Part shown: positions 40,433 to 52,696 of the stretch, piece by piece
Layout: every line of letters begins with the position of its first letter
How positions within the stretch are numbered: the first letter of the stretch is position 1
Assembly (NCBI GenBank): GCA_951406725.2
Contig: OX597837.1
Coordinates: 13,640,001-13,704,000 of the forward strand
Source: Octopus vulgaris
Taxonomy: Eukaryota
Reading direction: 5' to 3'
Length of the DNA stretch: 64,000 bases
Program-made: the position numbers and the translations under genes
The notes under the pieces: model-generated
Told to the model about the DNA's origin: nothing
Seen by the model: only the letters and a program-made list of their open reading frames with translations
The model's database searches: none

Positions 40433-41909
40433 CTTCGGTAGCTGAATAGAATTGATTATCACTGTGGAATTGATGTTGGAGTGTAGACAAGTCAAAGTTA
40501 TTGTCGGAGTCCACAGAAAAAGGCACATAATTTTGCTCATTTAAGATTCCAATCACATTGGATTCATTGTCATAAGATAAACCATCAAGTTGGAAATCTG
40601 TCATGTCCCAAGACAAAAAGTTATCTATTGGTGATTGCAAGTCCCCTATTGAAGAATCTGGAGTTAAACTTCCAGGCCTCTTTGCACAGTGGGACCGCGC
40701 TTTCTGTAAAGCAGTGTATGCTTGTTCAGATAGAAGCATCTGTCTCTGTAAGTCCGTTGCTTCAGGATTTTCAGGATTAATTCCTGAACATTTAGATTTT
40801 AAATTAGAAAGACCAGACATTAAGTCATCCATCTCATCATTTAAATCTTGTATTTCGTCCTCGATGCCGTGGAATCGCAAAACCTCATCTTTTTCAATTT
40901 GTTTTGGTACATCGTTAATTATCTCAAATATAGATGAGTCGATGCTGTCACAGCGCTCGAGGACGATTCCATCTCTTTGACCGTCTGGACTGAGACAATC
41001 ATCTGATGTTATCGATCTGTTGGATTCTGGAGAGACACTTTTACATTCGCGTAACCGTCGCAGCAAGAGCTGTGGAAATTGGTCAAGACTGGCTGAGTGA
41101 CAGAGCGGCGACAACAAGTCTTTCTCTTCGTCATCCAAACTCCAGTCTCGTCTGGAAGGAGGGCTCAAGCTCTTTGATGAGAATGATAACTCACTAAAGA
41201 TGCTGTTGTCATTGTCATCATCAGGAGACTCTCTAAGGTTATAGTTCAAATAATTCTTTGTACTTCCGGAACTATCGTCCTCTTTGTCAGAATCAACTTC
41301 TAACAATTTTGTCTTTTTTATTAGAGGTTGATAAGGTGAGGAAGGAGAGTCCTCTTCTGATGGTGGGGTCAGCAAAACACTGCTTTCTTTCAAGTTTTTA
41401 CTAATATTAACCTTGTCATTGTGAGGATTCTTTGGTGATGGGTTGTCTTTATTTGGGGATTTATTTGTACTTCTGGTCTTTTCAGATTGGTCAGTGTCAT
41501 TTTCAATCACCAGGTTTCGTTCCCGCAGTGACCGTGGGCTGTAATTACCCACCAACGATGATGTGAATGATTGTGGACATGAACTGATGCTGCAGTCATC
41601 GTCCTGGGACTGGTGCCCACCACCACTGGCAGCTTCTAACCATCTTTCGTCGGTCAGAAGCAATTTCATGTCGGAATCAACAGTAGAATTTTCAGGTTTG
41701 CAGCAGTCTTTTGAAGGAGTAATTGGTCCCAACTTGCGGTGCCTAACTGGGGTCTCTGATATATGTACAGCTTCTTGGTTTGATATTTCTTTACGAGAAT
41801 CTAAGAGAAAGCTAACTCCCGTGTCGGGAGCGTAGTGAGCAGCTGGTAAGTCATGGCTGGAGTAACCATGACCCATTTCTTCCTTGTGAAAAACACTGTC
41901 AACAGATTC
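40433..41909 (-). CDS. OTULIN: OTULIN-like gene 1, giant 1477-nt exon encoding an acidic/Ser-rich N-terminal extension; probable start ATG at 41876 (MGHGYSS...)
   Basis: 514-aa ORF 40425..41969. Polypyrimidine tract plus CAG acceptor before 41909 and GAAG|gtgagt donor at 40432. Ends in phase 1, matching the phase-1 start of exon 28539. Linkage to the OTU exons is inferred from strand and phase. Confidence 0.75.
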
Positions 41910-43457
41910 CTGAAAAGAGAAAAGAAAAAAATACAAATCAGTTTTGTCAGAGATTATTTTTGTTTGCAATTCTTATAACCAATCCTTACTGCAAATTTCC
42001 TTGGATTTTCTGTCCATTTTAACCATCCATTTGGGCCATTTTACTGTTCTTACAAGTTTTATATTGTCCACATGTCTCTCTCCATAAGGTTAAGTCCTTG
42101 TTTGTTGTGTGGGGGCTTGCAGGCTTCAATGACCTTGAGAGCTTTCCCAGCAGAGCACAAGCTCCTGTTTGGAGTCTTCCCCCCACCAATGCCGATAGAG
42201 GTGAGACTAATGTGGACCACTTTTTCCCAGGGGTAAAAACAAGTTCGTTTAGGGCCAACACTCCTACCTTGTAAAAAGCAAAGTTACGGAAGCATCAAAG
42301 ACAATTCAAAACCAACAAAATCTGGAAGGCCATTCTTCAGGGAAACATTAGAGGCAGGATAATGTGGAAGAGTTGAAGACACAGGGATCCGTCTGGAGAG
42401 AAGTAGAAAAGACCATCCAGAGTTAAAAACAATGGAAAGGAAAATTGTCAATGACCTCTGCTCCATAGGTAGCAAAAGTACTGGGGTCAATGTAATTGAC
42501 TTAACCTTTCTCCTGAAATTGCTGGCCTTGTGCCAAAATTTGAAACCCCTTATTATTATTATTATTATTACAAAATGCGTCGTGGTATTTCATCCGTCTT
42601 TATGTTCTGAGTTCAAATTCTGCCAAGGTCAACTTTGCCTTTCATTCTTTTGGGGTTGATGAAATAAGTACCAGTTACGCACTGGGGTCAATGTAATCGA
42701 CTGATCCCCCTCCCCTCCAAATTTCAGGCCTTGTGCCAATAGTAGAAAGGAATATTATTATCATCATCATCATTATTGTTATTATTTTTGGTTGAAATGT
42801 GTTTCTATTTTGGCTCATGAAACAATAAAACACAAAAAGAGACCAGAGCCATAACTTCTAAATGATCAGACACAATCACTTTTCCCTAGAGAATTTGTGC
42901 TGAGTCATTAAATGTGGACAAAAATGCAGATGAAAAAACTTACTTCGACAACAGATAAAGTGAACAATGACAACACGTTTTAATTGCACACACACACACA
43001 CGCTCAGTGTGAGTGTGTGTTTATATGTGTGTGTGTATATGTATATACTCTTTACTCTTTTACTTGTTTCAGTCATTTGACTGCGGCCATGCTGGAGCAC
43101 CGCCTTTAATCGAGCAAATCGACCCCGGGACTTATTCTTTGTAAGCCTAGTACTTATTCTATCGGTCTCTTTTGCCGAACCGCTAAGTGACGGGGACATA
43201 AACACACCAGCATCGGTTGTCAAGCAATGCTAGGGGGACAAACACAGACACACAAACATATACACACACACTTATATATATATATACACATATATACGAC
43301 AGGCTTCTTTCAGTTTCCGTCTATCAAATCCACTCACAAGGCATTGGTCGGCCCGGGGCTATAGCAGAAGACACTTGCCCAAGATGCCACGCAGTGGGAC
43401 TGAACCCAGAACCATGTGGTTGGTCAGCAAGCTACTTACCACACAGACACTCCTGCG

Positions 43458-43495
<38 letters not shown>

Positions 43496-44050
43496 TACAC
43501 ATAAACACACATATATATGTAAGAATATATATGTGTATGTGTATATATATGTGTGTGTGTGGTGGGGGCAGACACAGACAGGTAAACCACTGGGAATTGA
43601 ACCTGGCATCTGTGCTTACACAGCTCTGTACGTACAGATAATTTTAGTCTCGAATATATATTTATAAATTTGTAAACAAACCCGAAGGCTGTGAATTATG
43701 GAGAAGTGTGATACACAGGTCCTTTTTAACCCCAAAAGCGCTGGGGTTTGCACTTACATAGCATGGACTGCTGAGCCCATTTTATGAAAATAAGACAACG
43801 GTGCACACATGGAAAACAAAAGAATAGTTAAAATATCTTCTTAGTATATAATGGTGGCAAATTTTACATCATCCGAAAAGTCATTAGTTGAACTATTAGC
43901 CCTCTTGCATTCTGGGGGGTATTGGAGCATTTGGGTGACATTAGACCTCAACAAACGACCATCAGTTAAATGCATCTATCTGGGTCACGATCGTGGCCTG
44001 TTGTCCTGTGCCTAATGGCCACAACCGTGGCCTGACATGCTTTACGCGTT

Positions 44051-44185
44051 AACTATAATTATATATTATTTACAATAATCTATGCTCCATTTAAAGTAAT
44101 TAAACCTAAACAATTAACTGACTTGTTTGGGTTTAGTTGCTTTAAATGGAACCTATATTATTGTAAATAATATATAATTATAGTT
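44051..44185. repeat. Long near-perfect inverted repeat (~63-bp arms, 9-nt loop)
   Basis: aactataattatatattatttacaataat...aaacaa / ttgttt...attattgtaaataatatataattatagtt. 6 mismatches by hand count. Confidence 0.9.
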
Positions 44186-44959
44186 TTATATATATATGTA
44201 TGTATATATGTATATACACAATGAGCTTCCATACAGTTTCTGTCTCCCAAATTCACTCACAAGGCATTGGGCAGCCCAACGTTAAGTAGAAGAGTTGCTG
44301 AAGGTGCCACACAATGGTTTTGAACTCAAAACTTCTTAACTATACAACAATGCTTGTACTTTGTGTGTGTGTGTATGTGTGTGTAGAAAGCATAAAGTCA
44401 AGTGTGAGGTGTATAATCTTAACACTAACTTGTTCTCCAAATATCTGACGAGCCACATTAATTGTGTGAGCCTTTGAAACCTTAAGTTGTACGGAGCTGA
44501 GTCAAACCGTTATTAAATAATATATGTAATTCCTACCAAAAGCATTGAGTGCCATTTTCTTCTGTTTGTTCACAAATATTTCTGAACATATTGTATGTTC
44601 AGAAAAAAATACACCTACATTTTAACTGGATTGCCAAAACATATATAGAAATTGTTGTATTTAGGAATGGTCATTTTGCCAGTTGAACCACACACGATTT
44701 CACATCAAAAATCGTGCAAAACAAATATATAAACGTAATATATAGAAATTATTTTTCCGCATATGACAATTTGAAAGAGATACAAGCCATTTTACAGATG
44801 TTTGAGAAGATGACGGAAGAATGTCATTGAGAGAAGAGAAGGATGGGAGAGAGAGAGAGACAGAGCCATCCCGTCAAAATATGTGATGTAACTGAGAGCG
44901 CACACAGAGAAGATATGAAGACAAGAGATTCCAACCAAAAATGGGACAATGCAATTTTG

Positions 44960-45200
44960 GCGACGAACATTCTTGCTACATTTTTTTTACAAAATCGCTA
45001 AAGTGTTACTGGGTTCTTATTAACGATAGAATTCTCTGCTGTTGTTGATGGTTGAATATAAATACCCCCGCCACACAGATTTCCCATTGTTTTATTAATG
45101 TATGCATGCCATGGATTTTAGAGTTTATCGAAACGTATTTCCGAAGCAAGGATTGTCGGAGAACAGCAACGACTCGACTGGAATCTATGACGCACATTAT
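44960..45200 (-). mobile_element. Degenerate mariner transposase C-terminal fragment
   Basis: HGMHTLIKQWEICVAG resembles mariner 'GI..L..RW..CV...G'. Confidence 0.5.
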
Positions 45201-45559
45201 TATTTAGTTCGAGGTCAGCTCCGATCCAGCAGACCAACTAATCTATTGTCAAAGGCGTCCCAAACATGACGGTCCCCCCTCTCTCTCTCTTTTTTTTTTT
45301 TTGTCTTTTCAGTCACCGTGCATGTAAGACTTCGCATTACCTAATACGTTCTTCCTTTATATATTTTTTTAATACATTATAAATTAAAAGATTCAGTTCG
45401 GCTGCTATTTCTAACAGATCAAACGACCGAGTAAAGAGCCGGGCCAGGTTTCGGATTAGGTACATTATTATACTTCATGGAAAAACCAAAAACCAAAAAA
45501 AACCTAGTTTTTTTCCCTTTAGTTTTTAGTATTTCTTTATTTCATAATAATAATAAAAA

Positions 45560-45930
45560 AATTACAATTCGGTGTGTGTAGGGGTTCCCAAAATGTCCAT
45601 GCAGCTCCTGGTAATATTGTCTTATCTCCTGAGACGGCTGGACGGGTTCCAGTTCCGAAATTCCGCCGCCACTGCTGCGTCGTTTTGTTTTGTGCGAAGT
45701 TTTATTTATTATATAATAATGAAATAAGGCGGGTGAGATAATGTTGCGAGGAATAAGCTATGACACATCTTTGTGTGTGTATGTGTATATATATGTATAT
45801 ATATGCCGCGAGATCTCGACTGGGATTGACACAGAATATGTTATGTGGGCATAGGTTGTACAATAACAAAAGAAGAACATGTCAGTCAACAAAGAACTGG
45901 AAGAGAGGAATTAGAAGGTCGCACGCGCGC
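45560..45930 (-). promoter_or_regulatory. Candidate promoter / non-coding first exon region of gene 1
   Basis: Locally CpG-rich unique sequence next to a GA tract, upstream of the 41909 acceptor, which requires an upstream exon. No strong donor identified. Confidence 0.25.
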
Positions 45931-46075
45931 GAGAGAGAGAGAAAGAGAGAGAGAGAGAGACAAAGAGAGAGAAAGAGAGAGAGAAAGCGAGAGAGAGAAA
46001 GAGAGAGAGAGAGAAAGAGAGAGACAGAGAAAGAAAGAGAGAGAGAAAAAGAAAGAGAGACAGAGAAAGAGAGAG
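45929..46075. repeat. (GA)n/(GAGAAA)n purine tract
   Basis: Direct inspection. Confidence 0.95.
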
Positions 46076-46202
46076 TGTGTGTGCGTATGTGTGTGGGAAA
46101 CGAAAATTATGATATATGCGGTGTGTGTGTGTGCGTGCGCTGTGTGTATATGTGTGTGCGTCCTATATATATATATATATGTTTGTGTGTGCGTACGCGA
46201 CC

Positions 46203-46234
<32 letters not shown>

Positions 46235-46637
46235 ATGGGTGCATTAAGGATGTGAGGTACAAGCGGTGCGTGTGTTTAATTAGATGAGAAAATAACAAAT
46301 AAATGCTAATTTAAAATGGGAAACTCAGTGTGTGATAAACGGGGACTGATAAACGAGATAAGCAAATGAATTATGGATGAGAAGAGATAAATTCTTACAG
46401 ACGAAGTGAACTTTGTTGAGTTGTGTGGTAAATAGATTAGAAGAGGATGTTGAGGAATACAAAGGCAGAGAAGGAGTGATAAGTAAAGGCATGCGTAATT
46501 GTATGTAGTATGTTATGCATATGCCCCTATCTATGTCTATCTATCTATCTACCTACCCACCTATCTACCTACCTACCTACTTATCTATCTATCTATCTAT
46601 CTATGTATGTATGTATCTATCAGTCTATGTATGTATG

Positions 46638-46674
<37 letters not shown>

Positions 46675-47210
46675 ACGAACTAATAAAGGGTGTGTTATCA
46701 GGATTAAAGATAAAAAAAACCCCAGATAAAACGATGCGTAATATACAAATTCAAATGAATAAATGAGATGGTTACAGCAAAATTGATGTACGATGTAAGG
46801 AAGAGACAAATATATTAGAGAAAATGGCCAAAGTGACGTATAATATATTTTTCTCCAGTATTTTGTTTGTAAGAACAAGGTTTTCATACATGGAATGAAA
46901 GTATTGACGACTCCAATAAGCCGAGTGTAGCCTATTATTGCTGGCCAGTTTGCAGCGTTAATTATATTTCGATATCCTTGGTGATTGATCATGGTCACTC
47001 GAATGTAATTAGTATTTGTTATAGGATCGAAGCAGGATTCATTCTAAAAAATTATTCACCAACACACACACAATTGGCGATGAACACGCATATATTATAA
47101 ATGGTGATATATATATATATATATATATATGGTGATACATATACATACATATATATATATATAAATACATACATATACATATATATATATATAAATACAT
47201 ACATATACAT

Positions 47211-47317
<107 letters not shown>

Positions 47318-47369
47318 GTCACACACACATATATATATATATACACACACACATATATATATATATAGT

Positions 47370-47445
<76 letters not shown>

Positions 47446-49904
47446 GTGATATACATATATACACATCTGTAATGGTGATAAACAACTTTCGTCAAGATTA
47501 TATTATTTAAATATAAAAGAAAGTTACAGACGTGCTAATACATACATGAGGTAGTGTTTAGGTGTGGTCAGCTAATTCCCATGAATCGTAAGAAATTTCA
47601 TTCCGTTTGTCTTTTTTTTTCACACATTTCACAAATGTTGCTCTTCTCCTTCTCTACACGATCAGCCTGTCCGATCAGCTGAAAATTTCCGCCCAAAATC
47701 ACGAAAGCTAGTCTAGAGCACCAGCCAGGCAACAAGAGAGGAGCCTTGCTATTCACTTCCATAACAGCTCTCACCACCACTATTCAACTGCTACAAGCAT
47801 AGGCTTACAACAACAATTCACCAAAGAAAGCCACACCTCCAACTAGTTATACCAACACCAACAGCACCGTCGCTATTTTCCAGTTATGGTACCAGTTACC
47901 AAATGCCACATATGGCCAAAGGACTACGGCAAATGACCACTGTCAATTCTACTCCATCTGTTAAACTGTCACCACCGCAACGACCACCAACTCGTCTCCT
48001 GTGTCTGTTACCAATACCAAATCCAGTAGAGACAGCCAGAGAAGATATAAGTCAACAAATGAGGATACAGTAAGACTTAGCTGCACCTTCGTCTACTAAT
48101 ATCACAATGAAAGCCACCAGAATCTCTTGGTCAGCTTATGGTAACAGTTACCAAGTGTTACATATGGCCCGAAGCACTGTCAATAACCACAACGGCCACT
48201 GTAGTCTTGCTGTCACTTGTATCCAACTACCACCACAACCACAAGCAAGCACCATCAACACCGTTCCTGTGTCTGTTACCAATACCACAACCAACACAGC
48301 CAGTCAGAGAGGATACCAAGTCAACAACTAGGCTGCAGTAAAAACTTAGCTGAGTCAACGGCGCTGGGATGATGGTGTCGGGGGCTGTTGCTACAGCAGG
48401 ATGGATGAAATGGTGTTGTGTTTGTTGGTCGGTTGCTACAGCAAATTTGATAGCTTTTCTTCTTTCTTTTTTTCCTTCCCTAAAACTTCATAAGTGGTAC
48501 TAATTGTGTTAATTGTATATTCGTGATTGTGGTGACAATGGTGAGTGCTGGAGTGTCACGGTATCAGCTGCTATGCTAATGAGCAAAGAGGGGTCTTGTG
48601 CCTCTGTCAGCGAACGAATATTAATGAGCAAAAGACAACGAACTGATGCCAGACGGTTATCAAATTCCACTATCTCCCCCAAAATTCCTGAGCTGGGTCA
48701 ACGCAGTCCTAAACCTCAACAGCAATATCAAGTCGGACGAAGGAGGGGGAGGATCCCTATATCGGCGACTCGAACCGGTTAGAAATAACAGCGAAGTGTC
48801 CCTCAAATGAAATCCTTGTATATAAAAAAACAACAACAATCCCAAAACACGGAAAGAGATGTACGATTATATATATATATATATTATTGTGCATTATGTT
48901 TTGGAAAGAAAGAGGAGATGACCGTAATAGGTATTGTTCAATTAAAGCAAATTTTGGGTTCAAGAACAATAATAGCAACGACGATGATAATAACAACAAT
49001 AACAACGTGAACCATAACAACAAGAAAACTGGTTCACTCATACAAATCATTAACAATGGAGGGGAAATATATATTTGTGATTATATATATATATATCTAA
49101 AGCAGGCATGAGCAACCATTTTCGTGAAGCGGGCCGCAGTTTTCCCTCCTGACTTCAGATTCTAAAGCTTCGTGACCCAAAACACAACTGGTTATGTGAA
49201 CTTAAACAAATGTGAGTCAAGTCATCTGTCTATTGTTTAGAAGGCAATTTTCTCAAGGAAGCGTCGAAATCTGTTCTGAAGACGGGTAGACTTTAATTTA
49301 TCACAACACGACGAAAACATCTTAATGAAATAAGGACCTTGAGTCGAATGCCTTCTAGATTTATTATGTAATAAATACATTACCTAATTGACAAGAACCA
49401 TCGCTATAAAATTGACCTATCTCAAAACACTCCTCCATCTATACACTCCCCCACATACATACACGGTGTACACCTGGTGATCAGCTATTCAATCATTGTC
49501 ACCATTTAACGTCTGTATTCCATGCTAGCATGGATCGGACAGCTTGGCAGGATCCAACTAGCCTGAGGGCTTGATAACGCTGCAGAGATTTAGGACTGTG
49601 TTGACTGGATCCCAGTGTCTGCTTTGGAATGGTTTCTATGATGGATGTCCTTCCCAACGCCAACCTCTTGACAGAGTGTGTGTTTATATATATATGCTAC
49701 ACTATTATTATTATAGTCTTATGATAGCCAAATTCCAAATTGCCAAATGGTTTCATGCCATTCACCCATTTCTGATGATTGCTGGATTTATCTCTCACTT
49801 TCTGACATGAAACCACTTGGTAATTTAGCTACCATGGGACTGTGATATTATACAAATGATAGTAATAATGATAGACCCATTATGTTATCTCATTGACCAG
49901 GGAC

Positions 49905-50178
49905 TGCCAAAAGTATCATTGAAGATACAGCATAGAAGGATGAGGCTAGCTGGACACTGCATCAGACCCACCGATGAAATTGTTAACAAGCTAGTACTCT
50001 GGCAACCAATGAAAGGAAGAACCAGGAGAGGAAGGTGGAAGTTGGACCTATATCGACAACTTGCTGGAGGATACTGGTATGGAAGGGGTACAGGAGCAGA
50101 GGGCCATTATGGAAGATCAAGATGAATGGGGAAAACGTGTGGAAACAGTCTTGGGATGTCCTGAGGGACAACCTAAAT
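49905..50178 (+). mobile_element. RTE-type LINE 3' fragment
   Basis: KIQHRRMRLAGHCIR..KLVLWQP..GRTRRGR motif. Confidence 0.7.
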
Positions 50179-50547
50179 ATATATAGATAGATGATCTCAA
50201 GACACTGAACTTTAAAAAGGAGATGACGAAGGACTGAGATATCCGGCGCAATGCTGTTCTCAAGAAGACCTGACCATCACAGCAGAATTGATACCGGTGC
50301 TGGTGCTATGTAAAAAGCACTCACGATGGTACCCCATTAATAGCTCCCAATAGACTCTGTGGAGTGGTTGGCATTAGGAAGGGCATCCAGCCATAGAAAT
50401 CGTATCGGAACAAACAATGGAGCTTGGTGCAGCCCCTGGTCTCACCAGTTCCAGTTGAACCATCGAAACCATGCCAGCAAGGGGAATGGATGTTAAATGA
50501 TGATGATGAGTGCCTCTTACTTTCTGTGTCATGGAATTTTGAAGAAG

Positions 50548-50548
50548 A

Positions 50549-50632
<84 letters not shown>
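50548..50632. repeat. (CTA)n(TTA)n microsatellite
   Basis: Direct inspection. Confidence 0.95.
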
Positions 50633-50634
<2 letters not shown>

Positions 50635-52199
50635 GATGGTGAACTGGCAGAAATGTTAGCACACCGGGTGAAATGCGTAGCAGTATTTCCTCTGCCGCTA
50701 TGTTCTGAGTTCAAATTCCACCAAGGTTGAATTTGCCTTTCATCCTTTTGGGAGCAGTTAAATAAGTACCAGTAATGCACTGGAGTCGATGTAATTGACT
50801 TACTCCCCCCACGCAAATTTCAGGCCTTGTGTCAATAATAGAAAGAATTATTATTATTATTATTATTATTAACTTTGAGAATCTCATAGTGTTATGTGTG
50901 GGTGTCTTTGTGTTCATCCCCCGCCACAACTTAACAGCCAGTGTTGGTTTATTTTCATCCTCGTAACGTGGTGGTTTGGCAAATGAGAATGACAGTAAGC
51001 ACCAGACTTATAAAAAAAAAAAAAATAGCAGAGGTCGATTTGAGGTGGTGTTCCAGCATGGCTGCAGTCCAATGACTGAAACCTGTAGGAGAGTTAAAAA
51101 AAAGAATAACACGCACTCACATGCTGTCACGTGTAATGCTTTTACGTACATGCATGACGTAGGAGGAACAATGAGTGTATTCTTTTGATGGACATGGAAA
51201 CAATCAAGGGAAGTTTGGCTAAGTGGTGGCCATTGATGGAACGATAGATTCAAGAGTAGGATAAAGGTCAAATACAATATTTCTGGGTTAAGTATTTTCA
51301 TTCAGGTGACGATTGATAATCAACCTAAGTATTATTTTTTTACTGGAAACTTGGGAAGGAAGGTTTTATAGTTGCCATTCCCTGCTTATTCTGTGACCCC
51401 TGATTATTTATGCTGATCCGATATGTGACAAGCAGTGACATAGCTTGGGTAAACTGTGCCCAGAGCAAGCCAAAAAAATGCGCCCTGCCCATCCCCTCAT
51501 TACAGAATCCACAATATTATATAGTACTTATTTGTTCACTCATACTGATCGTGTGTGTGTTGGTGAATAATTTTTAGAATGAATCCTGCTTCGATCCTAT
51601 AACAATACTGATCGTGTAGAGAAGAAGAGCAACATTTTTAAAATGTGTGAAAAAAAAAAAAAGACAAACGGAATGAAATTTCTTACGATTAATGGGAATT
51701 AGCTGACCACACCTCCTTACAATAATTAATGTTTAAAAGCAATATTTTAGGAATTAATATTTTATCAGGGTTCGTTTACCTGCCCGTTTGGTACAGCCTA
51801 TAATTCAAAACATATTTTTTTAATGTTTACCTTTACGAAACCTCCTTATTTTAGCCGTTTAATGCACAGGCTTCCCCAATTTCAGTACAAATATTCTGGA
51901 CTAGGGAGGATCAACAAGTGGCTGAGTCATTAGGGTACCAGACAAAGGGTCAACAGCTAATATTCTTCCTACATCAACCAAATGATATACAGAGGCCCAG
52001 TGGTGTAGCTAGAGAGTGTGCAGGACCTACCAGCTCCCATTCCTATACAAGCTTATATATTTGACCAAAAAATGCTGCCTGCAATATAGCATCACCTAGG
52101 GTAAACCAGTTCTTTGCCCCACTCCCTGCTACGCTGCTGCAGGGGCCACAAAGAAAAGCTCCTGTGAATGGCAAAAGGCTTACAGACTACATTAGATGT

Positions 52200-52696
52200 G
52201 AACCCTTTCGTTACTGTATTTATTTTGAGATGCTCTGTATTGGTTTGGTAAACTATACCAAATAGTTTGTTTAAATATAACAAAGAATTTAGTAAAATAA
52301 CTCAGATATCATTAAGCTAGTGTTAGGAACATAAATTGTGGCTAAGATTTGGTGGAAGATTTTAATTCAGAACTTTTGGAAACAAGACATTTGTACTACA
52401 GAACCAGAGCCAGTCTCAGCCGGGTTGGTAATGAAAGGGTTAAGAATCGTTTCTCTATTATATATTTTAACCCTTTTGTCACCATATTTCTGTTGAGATT
52501 ATCTGTGTTTCTTTCAATTAATTTCAAATATAACAAAGAATTTAGTAAAACAACTTAGTTATCATTCAGCTGGTGTCAGGAACATAAATTGTGACTAAGG
52601 TTTGGTGGAAAATTTTAATTCAAAACTTATGAAAACAAGACATTTGTACTACAGAGCCAGAACGGGTTTCAGCCGGGTTGGTAATGAAAGGGTTAA
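52200..52696 (+). mobile_element. Dimer of the same TTAA MITE
   Basis: Two ccctt..aaaggg|ttaa units joined by a ~25-bp spacer. Confidence 0.8.

Noticed and set aside
40603-41835. Plus-strand ORFs 40603..40980, 41006..41197, 41563..41835
   Set aside because: Antisense shadows of the giant coding exon.
45066-45087. ATG GGA AAT CTG TGT GGC GGG G|gtattt (MGNLCGG) looked like a lipidated first coding exon of gene 1
   Set aside because: Phase 1 does not fit the phase-0 acceptor at 41909, and another frame reads as a mariner C-terminal remnant (LIKQWEICVAG).
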